From NCBI RefSeq assembly GCF_037042905.1, contig NC_087246.1, positions 49,600,001-49,664,000 of the forward strand: DNA of 64,000 nt, given 5' to 3'. The stretch comes from Lytechinus pictus (Eukaryota). A program made the position numbers and the translations under genes. This document shows, piece by piece, positions 37,981-49,800 of the stretch; position 1 is the first letter of the stretch, and every line of letters starts with the position of its first letter. The notes below the pieces were generated by a model that saw only the letters and a list, made by a program, of their open reading frames with translations, did not search any database and had not been told where the DNA came from.

Positions 37981-38838
37981 AGTGGTACTCCAGGCTGAAA
38001 ATAAAATGATTGGAACAGATAATGAAAATTCAGACAAACAAAACACTGAAAATTTGATTGAAAAGGGGAAGTTCACCCAGACAATTTGAAAAAAAAGAAA
38101 ATTACTGTACTTTCAGTTTATCGACAGACAAATCATTTTACACCCGCTCCTGTGAGAAAAAAAAGATAACATCTTGGACCATCAAAAATGAAATTTAGGC
38201 TTATTTATATCACATAGCATATGGGGCAGCTGCTCGTCTGTGACGTCAAAAATAAAAATTCTAATAACTTCCTTCACCTTATACAGATTTTTCTCCAACC
38301 TTCACCACCGTTTTTTATTATTTTTCTATTTTTACAAAAACTTTTTGTCAGGGTGAACTTCCCCTTTAAAATTGGACAAGGAATAAAGGAAGTTATGACA
38401 TTTTAAAGAATTGCATTATATTGGTGAAACAGTTCTATGCATGTCTTTATCAATATTCAATGAGCAAACTGACGTCATATCCCCACTTGTTCTTTAGTAT
38501 TTTATTAAATGAAATGATGTTCATTCAAATTTTGTCCTCCAAAAAGCTATAAAAAATAATGGAATGGACACTGATTTAATGCATGAGATGTTCATTGCTG
38601 CAACTTACTTTATCATAAAGGGTACATACCACACACTCATGTATGAAAATATAAATTATTACATCGTTAGCCCAATAATTAATATTCATGACGATGTGCA
38701 AATAATTCACAAAACATTGCTAAACTTTAGAATTCAGTAGCTTTAATATATGATTTTGATAAAATTTTCAGCATTTTGCTTGGTGAATTTTACTCCTTTT
38801 ATTTAGATTTAATCATTTTCAGCCTGGAAAATACCCCT
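37981..38838. mobile_element. Kolobok-like MITE containing a nested second MITE (38064-38365)
   Basis: Outer TIR AGTGGTACTCCAGGCTGAAAAT / ATTTTCAGCCTGGAAAATACCCCT-TTAA; inner TIR AGGGGAAGTTCACCCAGACAA / TTGTCAGGGTGAACTTCCCCT-TTAA. Confidence 0.8.
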
Positions 38839-39047
38839 TTAAAAATGAAGGTCCTCTCTGAGGGCACCCAATGGGCACCAGTACACCAAGTATGAATCGA
38901 ACCTGGGTCACCAGAATCCCCCCCCCCCCCCAACAACTGAGCTATTAGAATGAACCTCCTTCAAATATACATTATAACCTGAATTTTTGCAAGCTGTCAA
39001 ATAATGGCAGCAAAACTACATATCATAACCAGAATAGAGGATATTCA

Positions 39048-39820
39048 ATGGTGACACATTTGCTCCGGGCTGAAAATATTTATACCTAAAACAATAGAGT
39101 AAAATTCAAAGAGCAAAATGCTGAAAATTTCATCAAAATATGATAATTGCAAAGTTATTGAATTTTAAAGTTTAGCAGTATATTGTAAAACGGTTATATG
39201 CACGTCGTCATGAATATTCATTAGATGGACTGATGAGTTAACATTCCCACTTTCCTTTTTTTGTTATTACATGAAATCATTATTTCATTTTTTTCATACA
39301 TGTATGAATGATATGTCTCTCTTGTAAATGAAATGAGTTGCAGCAATGAATATCTAATGCACTTAATCAGTCGTTATTCCAATATTTTTGGTTCTTGAAG
39401 AAAAAAATTGAATAAACCTAATTTCATATAATAAAATGCAACAGAACAAGTGGGGATATGACATCATCAGTTTGCTCACTGAATGTTCACGAAAGCATGC
39501 ATGGAACTGTTTCACCGAAATAATGCAAGTCTTTAAAATGCCATGACTTTGTTATTCCTTGTCCGATTTTGATCAAATTTTCAGTGTTTTGTTTGTCTGA
39601 TTTTGCTAAGTCTGTTCAAATCATATTATTTTCAGCCTGGAGTACCCCTTTAATTTCATCCAAGATGAAGTGTTCGGGTTGCAATAGGGTTTTATGTTAG
39701 GCTTAGGGTAAGGTTTAGGGTAGGTTGTAGTGTTAAACCCAGGGTTGAAGTTGGTCATTCGATCAGTGTGTAGAATTTAGAGCTGAGTAATTGTCGCCAG
39801 AGCAATAGTCATGGAACCCA
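39048..39820. mobile_element. TTAGGG-containing MITE interrupted by an inverted copy of the 37981 family (~39064-39649)
   Basis: GGTGACACATTTGCTCC...AGAGCAATAGTCATGGAACC ends; TAGGGT repeats at 39685-39745; insert ends ATTTTCAGCCTGGAGTACCCCT-TTAA. Confidence 0.65.
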
Positions 39821-39888
39821 TTCAATAAGTTTGTACTTAATTTAACCAATAAATCAAACCATCACACACAAATATTCCTTCTTCTCAA

Positions 39889-39894
39889 TTTATT
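39889..39894 (-). terminator. Candidate Sall polyadenylation signal
   Basis: Minus-strand AATAAA followed about 20 nt later by TTTGTGTGTGATGGTTTG. Confidence 0.55.
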
Positions 39895-42800
39895 TTGTTA
39901 GACTTCAGTATAATAAAATATACAAGCTTCACTATATTCTACTCCAGTGCATACATATATTTGTGAATTGGTACACATGTACATACGATCGTGTAAAGAA
40001 ATTACAGCAAGGGATCTTTACGGCCAGTAAATCAAAAGCCTTCAGACAAAAACCAAGTAATTACTACCACAAATAATGCAATAGTTCTCATTTATATGAT
40101 CTTTACAACATACACCTTGTCTTGGCCAATAAAATAAAAGAGTACACATACTTTTTTTTCATTGTTCACACACATAAAACAGTCATAAATACTAGCAACA
40201 TACATTATTACATGAACTACAGTATTGGTTGTATTCTCCAACAAAGTCTGGACATAGTTACTAGTGATCAAATTGTAACCAAAAACAACATTGTGTTTTG
40301 CTACTGGATCCTATTTTCCCCAAAAAAATTCTTAAGAATTGTAGTGACAAAATCAATGAAAACATGAATAACACTTTTAGACTAATTTCATGACATTAAT
40401 TCTTTTCTTGTTAAGCTGCATTGTTAATGCTACTTGCAAGCTTTATTCTTTAGATATTAACCTTGCCCTTTTATGGACAGATAAGAATTTCTTCATTATT
40501 ATCGAAGTGAGATTATTTCTCTGTATAATCTCTTTCTATCATTTTCTTTTTAACCCCAAATGAAGCAGACATGTCAAGACATGTCAAGACAAATGGATAA
40601 ATATCCTAACTGGTTTGCCTGCCTTATCACCCAAGCAGTATCCTACTATTACAACACAAAATACAGTAATGGTATCATTCTGAAAATGCTCACGTTTTCA
40701 TTTAAAGTCAACTGAAACATTTTTTGCACATCGATCATGTTACCATAAATTTCGATGCCATTGTTGAGCAACTAAATCTTGATGCCAAACCCTTGTGAAA
40801 ACCGAAATACAAACTTTTTCAAGAAGTTGGCCTTTTACATTGACTAAAACTATAATGATTTTAATTCTAGAAAACACTGTATTTGTATTCATTTTAGAAA
40901 ACAATTTTGTTGCCACTTTTTTTTCAAATTCATTGCTTATGGCAGTTTCATTCAATACTGATATTTGAATACAACTTTGGAGAAAATCAAATGATATGCC
41001 ATATTAAGGAAATGGGTGCAAATTTATTTACTTTGTGGAATGTAAAAAAAAGTGATTTTGGGGGCAGGGCGAAAAGCCATTGTAAGTGCTATCATTATTG
41101 CAAGAATTAAAAGAAATAATTGCTTTAATCTATATACTTAATTGTCACTAGTAATCTCTCATATACCAGCTGCAAATTGATAATCTTTTATGTACAAATC
41201 TCGATGAAAAAACAACAAAATCATAAAATATTTTGAAACAAAAACATGAATTTCCACACAGTATCTATGAGTAGCAACAAGAATTTGATTGGTAACATCT
41301 TAGAAATTATATTCTCTCTCTTTCTGATATATTTTCATGTTTTCTCTCTGAAATATACCCGATGAACCTAAATAATTCACAAATCCCAAATAATTATTTT
41401 ACCTTAATATCAAATTATCAGTTATGATAAAAAAAAAAGTTCATTTAAATGATAGCAGTAGACAACTTCATGCATTCTGTCCACTATAGGTAATGATTGT
41501 GCTTTGTTTGTGGGGAGAAAATGTGCAGAGTACTTTTTTTTTTTAAATCAAATTTTTGTTGCCATTACAAATACTCTAGAAAATATACAAAACAATATAC
41601 AAAAAATTGTGAAATCTACAATTCAAATGAAAATACTTAAAATAATACTGAGAGTGTGCTGATGTCAAATATGCATAGAAAAAATTAATTTATCTATAAC
41701 TAACATAACATTCTTGCAATCAATGATATATGTCAATTTCTACCAGTAAATCAGATCAAGAGCTATGGCATGAGCTTCTGCAATATCATCAGAACTAGTT
41801 TGCGAAGTCAGCATGGACAGATAATTTCTCATAAAAAATGAACTTGACAGTTTGAGTGAGATACTGCTATAAAGAGATAGAGAAGAAAAAATCATGAATT
41901 CTCATTATGATTAAAATACTCAAGGCCAATGCCGAAACAGGGCTATCGATTGTCTACCCTTCTTCATCATTTTTTCCCACTTGTGTTTTATTTTCATCGC
42001 GCCAGCAATCCCACGATATTCCACAAACTAGGAAAAGAAGGCCAAAAACTAGCAAGATGCATGGATCATTCATAATGAAATAACTAGACAGAAATTGGTT
42101 ACAGCCGTTAAAGACATCAAAAAGTTGATTTAATCACGAGAGGAGCCAACTGGAGTTTTGAAAACTTTTCTCATCCCCCCCCCCATTCCAATCAAAAAGG
42201 AAAAGTTTGACAGAAAAAAAAATTGTCATATTGCAAATGAAATTGCCAGCCTACTTGCCTTGGACACTATGTACCATTCATTTGCCCAATCCAAAAAGAT
42301 AGGAAACATACTCCAATATCTCACAATTTGTACCAGATAGAAATACAGAGAGAGAGAGAGAGAGTTCATAAAAAGTCCAAAAAGGCAGATGTTAGCTAGA
42401 TAGGGCATTGTTTGCAACTATGCTTTTTATCTGTCATAACTATCCTACCGGGCTTCCCTAAATTTTATTTTCATAATGAAATTCGCAGGAAGTTTGGACA
42501 AGTGGCGAAGTGATTTTGATATTCCATGGTTGTCAAAAAACCAGGGTATGATATATGAAGCAAAAAAAAAAACTGTTTTGACTTCAAAGGGGTTCCTGTT
42601 CGATCCACTTTTGTTTGTTATCATTTATTGTATGCATTAATTTTGCGGTCGACAGATTTTTCTGGATTTTCTCACGAGAGCAGTGTGTAGGATAATTAGG
42701 AGTTCAACCACCCAATTAAAATGGACCTCAAACTCTTGCCGAGTTCAAACCAGATACCACACTTTCTAAACAGACATCCATCATTAAAAAGAATTAATGA

Positions 42801-43756
42801 AATAATCTTTCCTGAAAGGAAATTATCTCAACATGATATCATCTCATGAAATGCCGGTCTGATGTTTAAAAATCAGATTTTCTGACACTGTTTTACACTA
42901 AGTAGAAGTAACACGCAATTTGTGACAAGAAATTTTGAAAAAACAGGCGATTTGTTTGCAGGGTTGAATCAGAGATTTTCTTGTCATTATGAAAAGCATT
43001 TCCCTTTGAATGACTGATCGGTTGATATTGATCAAAATATGACATGTCAACACTGTAACATACCGTTGCAGTAACATGTCTGAAAATCGAAGAGTATTTG
43101 GTTCCAAAATGATTACTGCAGACAAGTGCCTATTTTTTGTAAACCGGGTTATATAATATTACAGCAACATGTAAACGAATTAAGAAAAAGAATGATTAAT
43201 CTGGCAGTTCTTCGCTCTTCTTTCAGTTGTTTTTGTGACCTTGATTGTGAATGACAGTTTACAACACTAACTTCCCTGAGAATCACAAATTGAACAAACA
43301 AAAAAATAACTTGTGCTATTAGCAACACTGATATATATATATACTGTATAAAATGCCCGTCATTGATTTAGCAAAGTTAATCAAACTTCACAAAAGAAAA
43401 AAAAAGAAGCCCTATCATTCCATATATTCAAGTAACCAATGAACTATAAAAACTTTCTTAACCCTTAAAACAAAATTCCATTCTACTATGGGTTGTTTTC
43501 TCTGATGAACAGTTTTCTCTCTTTCAGAAACTTATTTGAAGATTAATCTATCAACACATTTGGGATATTCAAAATTACATTAAACCAGGGGCATCTTCCA
43601 TTGATACAGTTAACAGCATTAAAAAGAAATGAAGCGAAATAAAAACAAGTGTCCAAATTATTAAAAAACAATGAAATGAAATGTACATATACGCCTACTT
43701 AAGTAAGGGCAGGTTGCATACCCGACACCTCGATCCTGATTTGGTTTGATGGAACG

Positions 43757-44052
43757 TTAAATCAAGCCAATCAGATTCAGGCATTTCAGTAGCTTGTCAC
43801 AGTTGCAAATGAAAATTCATTGACAAATCACTTCATGAAACACTCCCGTTGGATGGACCAGTTGGAGCAAATCAATGAGGGCAACCCTGACCAGAGAATG
43901 ACCCTTCCATTTAGGGCTGCCTTTCATGAAACTTTGTGTCTGTCATTTCCATTGCCAATTGTTACAAGCTACTGAAATCCTTGCATCCGATTGGCTAAAA
44001 GATGATTTGACTGTTGAAATCACTGACAAGATGACTGATTAAACACTCCCCT
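43757..44052. mobile_element. Two MITE remnants in inverted orientation within the putative Sall 3'UTR
   Basis: 43765-43847 is reverse-complementary to 43913-43996; related sequence at ~3370-3530 and ~34860-35010. Confidence 0.7.
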
Positions 44053-46818
44053 GTACTAGGACAGACTCTGGCGTTGCTAATTGGTCTTAAGAGTGTGATT
44101 CCAATAGTGTTATCTTCATAGCAACCCATCTACACAAGATCACGATTTAGAAAATCTACAAAAGTAACAATGTCTGGTGGTAACATACAAAACTTGAACT
44201 GGTTTTGAATCTCCTTTATAGAAAGTATAACAGGGTTTATCATTTCAAAAGGAAGAATTTTAAAAACTATTATGAACAGGCATTGTATATTTCACAGTAC
44301 ATGTATTTGAAATGTATACAAACAAACACCCTTTTTGCCAAGACAGGATTCCCGTTGTGAATTTTGCATCAAATGAGCAATAAATTACGTCCTATAATGA
44401 AATAAAGATGAATTTCACTTGTGATTACAACATACTTGGATGAAACTAAATAGGGCCAAACAGGGGGCATTCTCACTTTTGCATGGTATATGCATCATGT
44501 GGTACAGACTGAACATGAAATTTCACCATTAGCAGATAAATATACTACTAAAAAAGTCTTGGCCCAAGAGAATATTATGCAACTAGTACAATATACTTGA
44601 ATGACTGGAAGTTAACACGACCACAAAGACCCATTTCTAAAATTGACCATATTTTTCCAAAGGGATGCAAATATGTACCATCCATAACATGTTAACATTA
44701 AAGGGCATTACGTTTGTAAAATACCACTTTGATGTCTACAATTAACAATCATCACTTCTTAACCTATTCTGGTGGGGGAGGTGTGGCAAATAGGATCATT
44801 TTCAATTTGGAAATATCACATGGAGGGGGGGGGGGGGGGGAGATCAAGGTGCATTACATTTTAACCAGAACCAAGGAAAATAGTTTTTCAAAGGGTTGCA
44901 AAACCAAAAGAAAAATGGTGTACTTTTATCGACAAACTCACATTATATTCGACAAAACAAGTAACAATAGCACACACAAGTTTTAAGCAGTTCATGGCTC
45001 CTTAGTTCACAAATCTAGCAGAAGAAAGAACCACAATTTTCAACTCCATTTCAAATTTGAAATTTATCCAAAAAGCGGGAGAATGCGGTTTCTTTCCTTT
45101 TTCCTTAAATATGCACTAACATTTTAGACTACGAGGTGAATAAATACGGTTTTGAATGCTGTACAACACATGTAGTTTTCATATTCATTTTTTTTCCATC
45201 ATAAGAACGAAGGTTCACAACATCACATGTATTCTAACTTTTAAACAACACTCATAGATCATTTTATCATAATCAACAATCTTAGCACACTACTTGCTTC
45301 ATCGGAGCAGGTGGCAGATACATTTCGTATTTCTAATTAGACGACAGTTCTTCGGATTTCCTATTTACAACAAACTTTTTTTTCTTATGTCCTTTTTTCT
45401 TCATATATTACACTTTCTCTGAAGTCATACGCAAAGCTACTGTTAAATTCTGTACATTGTTCAACTGAACAAAGTCTTTGGTTTTAATCAAAACAAATTA
45501 TAAGGATGATAAACTGAAGCTCATGATAGGTGATATGTAAATAAAAATACCCAAATAAATCCTCAACACATGAATTTGAAAACACCTTTATAGACCAAGA
45601 CATTAAGCTAGTTCATATTGCCTTATATCTTCAGCGAATCTGGTTTCATGTCCATGATATACAGTACTTTAAGCAATTGTCCATGTCATTTTCATTCCAA
45701 GGTTGTAATAATCTGAGGCATGACTGTAAGATTAAAACCATTTTTCTTTCTCATTAAACAGGCAGCTTGAAGGGGTTACAGCATAGGATTTTAATTACAT
45801 ATGAACATGATTACCCTTCGTAATTTGATATATATATTATATAAATTTGTTACATAAATACTGATTCACATTCAGACACTGAATTAGTCCACACATACAT
45901 ATATCCTCATCCACAGATTACATATCATTTGCATTCTCAATTAGTTAATCATCACAATCATGACTCGCAGTGAGAGTACTACGCTGCTGTCAATCGTAAA
46001 TATCACGCCCTCAATCCGGAGTAAGTACAAAAAAACCTATTTCATGTTAAGCTGATTTTGTTTCAAGTCATTTCTGAGGTATCGCAGGTGTCTCATTAGC
46101 TCTTCGTTTCATCATACCGAAGCATTTTCTGCATCATGCCATGTACATAAAATTAAGTAATCATCCATGAATACTTCCATATTCATGATACTCAAAAAGA
46201 GATTAAAAGTTACAACTTCCAAAAAGAGATCAAATACTGGCTGATATACTCCAAAGCCAGACTCTAAGCTCTTTGCAAAACATAATTGGAATCCTTTGTA
46301 ATATCCAAATAATGACATTCCTATATAACAATGCCAAAAGTACATCCTTTAAAAAAAAATGGTGTAGCACACCATTTCAAAATTTACCCTGTCGTAAATA
46401 AATTGCCTTTTGGGGGATGGGATGCAGAGAGAGTTCAAGTTGATAACTAGCTGGGAAAATAAGCACCAAAAATGAAGAAAATAACACGAGATGAATGAAT
46501 CTACAGCATGCACAAAAAATAACCCTGATGGAAGCAAGAAATAACAAATAAACAAAATCATCTGATATCATTCCTTTCCTTAAAAAAATGTACAACTTTG
46601 ACAATTTTGTCATACTAACAGGTCTCCCTCAAGAGAAAACGCATATATGTATATATAAACATACAAAATAACATCGCAAAACCAAGGTCTTGGAAGAAAA
46701 GAAATTGGAAGCTCTCCTGACTAAAGTCACGTAGGACTTTCCCACAAATGACATATAAAGGTTTAATCAAGATTGTGTGTAAAAAAAGGTGGGTGAATCA
46801 AACTCAAATAATTCAAGA

Positions 46819-49800
46819 CTATGAACTCAATTGTGGTGCAACAGGTGGGGTTCTGCTGTTGGATCTTTCTAGGGCTAACTCCTTGTTCTGGGCTAATTCT
46901 CTTTTCAGGGCCATCTCCCTGGAGAAGGCTTCTTCTCTATTCAGAGCGATTTCACGGTTGAGAGCCTCTTCTCTTTTAATTGTCATTTCACGCGAAAGAG
47001 CCTCTTCCCTGCTGAGGGCCATCTCACGAGAGAGAGCTTCCTCCCTGCTAAGGGCCATCTCACGAGAGAGAGCTTCTTCCCTGTCACGAGAGAGCACCTC
47101 TTCCCTGGTATGGGCCATTTCGCGAGCTTCTTCTCTACTATGGGCCCTCTCAAGAGATAGGACCTCTTCCCTGCTATGGGCCCTCTCACGAGATAGCACC
47201 TCTTCCCTGCTATGGGCCCTCTCACGAGATAGCGCCTCTTCCCTGCTATGGGCCAGCTCGCGAGAAAATGCCTCCTCTCGGTTCATTGCAATTTCACGGG
47301 CGAGAGCTTCTTCTCTGTTAAGAGCAATCTCATGGTTGAGTGCCTCATCTCTGCTCAGGACCATTTCACGGTGGCGCTCTGCTTCTCGGCTGTATGCTGC
47401 CTCCCTGCTCTCTGCAGATGGAGCCAAGCTGTTCCTCATGATGACTGACCCAGAATCTTGAAGATGGAGGCTAGTGGGCTGCTGAATGACTGAGATCTCA
47501 TTGGCCTTTGAGTTTGCAGCTGCTGCGGCAAAGCCATTCAGAAGATGAGGAGGAGGGTAGTGGTAAAAAGCACCCTCTGCGAAACCTGGGTGCATGCCAA
47601 AGAGATCCCCACGGAAGATCTCTCCTTCTTTGGGGCTGACAATGAATGGAGGTTCAACAGCGATGCGCCGTCCCCGTCGTCCACCTCCATTCCACATATG
47701 GGTGCCAAGATGAACCTTAAGGTTGCCTTTGGTGGTGAAGGCTCGGCTGCAGATGTGGCAACGGAATGGTTTCTCTCCTGTATGGGTGCGCATATGAATT
47801 TCCAGGGCACTGTTGGTCTGGAACTGTTTCCCACAGACAGAGCAAGAGTGCCTGAATTGACTGCGCTTGTTGGCTTCTTCTGGAGAGACACTCAAGCTGC
47901 GCTTCAGGGGTGGGGTTTGGGAGTTGGTAGTGGTTGTCTGCTGTAGAGGGAGTTCCTGGCTAATTATTTTTGGCATGACAGGAGATTTGGCATTGGAGTT
48001 TCCAGGGATGTTAATCGGTGAATCATATCTAGGCATGGGCATATCTCTGATTTTGTGTGTAAGCATGTGCTGCTTGAGGTTACCTTTGGTTGAGAACCCC
48101 TTGCTGCAGACATCACAGCGGAATGGACGCTCCTTGGTGTGGCTGCGATAGTGGATATTCAGTGCACTGGTACATGCAAACACCTTTCCGCAGTAGTGGC
48201 AGGTTGTGTTTGGTCTCATAGGCCTTCTGCCTCCAAGTTGCATGCTAGGGACACTCATCAGCAGGCCAGCAGATGTCATATTTGGCTTTACATCTTCAAG
48301 ATAATGACCATCATGTTGGTAGTAGCCTGGCAAATCACCAGTATCTCTAGAATGTGGAGGAATGTTTTCCTGAGGAGTTCCCTTTGGTCTTAAATCAAGT
48401 GCTCCGCTCATATCAGTATCGTTCTCCTCATGTTTATAGTTCCCATCATATTCTTCATCAGCCATGCTAGATGAGATAGATTCACGTCCATCATGGTTAT
48501 ACATGGCCATATTGATATTTCGATTTTCATCTTCAGACATCATTGATTTTGTATCAACACTGTGTCCAGGGCTTGGAGCAGTAGAGGAATCTCCATTTGC
48601 CATGGAACTTACAGGCTGCAATCCAAGGATACTTGGCATGAAAGGTCTGCATTGGACCTGACCTGTCTCTTTTTCGTCATCAGATGCCCGACTTTCAGAT
48701 GCATGGTTTTCTGCTGGTGGCGAATTGACATCTGATGGGAGGGTACCATCTTCAGGCTTGTCACCTTCAGGAAATGTATCATCTGGGAGTTCTCCTTCCT
48801 CAGGTGTTGGAAGGTCATTACGCTCATCCACATCCATGTGGTTGTCTTCACCAACTGTCTTTTCTATATCATCTTCATCATCCTTCATGTGCATTTCTTC
48901 AGACCTTGGATGATCCAGATGTGGAGGTATTGTCATCCCTTCTGCTGCATGAAGGCGCAAATGCTGTTGTAGCACAAGTGGGTTGCTGAAGCGCTTCTCA
49001 CAGATGGGACAGTCATGGAGAATTCTAATTGGTCCTTTACTTCTATGGACAGCATAATGTGTCTTGAGGTTCCCTTTGGTAGTAAATGAACGACCACAGA
49101 TTTTACATCTGAAGGGGCGTTCACCGGTATGTGTGCGATAGTGAAGCTGGAGAGAGCTCTTGCAACTCAGAACCCGGTGACAGATGACACATTGGTTTGG
49201 GTCAGTTATTTTCTGCTCGATGTTCTCCACTAATTGCTGGAGTTTGGATGTTTCAGATGCCCGCATACCAGCCTCGGCAAGGTTAGCCAATGATGGAGGT
49301 GTTTCAGGTTTGACTGGGTCTACGTCTGCAGCACTTTTGGAAGACTCAAATGGCACAGTACCGTTCTGGCCAAATGCCATTCTCGGAAAACCAGTATATG
49401 GTAGGGGATATCCAGAAGACATCGGAATACCACCTGCAGACATGACAGGGAAGACATTGGAGGACAGGGCAATGGAAGGAGAGGTGGATGTAATTTGCCT
49501 CCTTTCATTTGGGGATAAACTTCCAGACTGACTTGTTGATGGACTGTCATGATCATCATCACCATTCCTGTCAGTGCTGTTGTACTGCTTCATCTCTTCC
49601 TCCTGATAATGCCGAGAGCTGTCTGCCATACTTCCTTCAGATTCTCTCGGGGAGGTGCTCTTGGATGGTTGATGAATTAACATGTCTTCTTCATACATAG
49701 CTCTGGCTTGGTCATTTGGAATGGTGGAAATGGGAATCTGGTGGATTGAAGGTGGTTGGAGAGGCTGGTCCATAAGAGGTGGTGTTGGTGGATGGTGTCT

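Larger units (their letters stand above)
39870..46818 (-). other. Probable ~6.9-kb Sall 3'UTR
   Basis: U-rich on the minus strand, nearly free of transposons unlike flanking DNA, ends at AATAAA plus GT-rich downstream element. Confidence 0.55.

Noticed and set aside
39685-39745. TTAGGG-like repeats as an interstitial telomere
   Set aside because: Few, degenerate and internal to a MITE.
46748-47461. 237-aa plus-strand ORF ([12 protein letters not shown] repeats)
   Set aside because: Antisense shadow of the Sall hexad repeat; stop-free because of the repeat's codon content.
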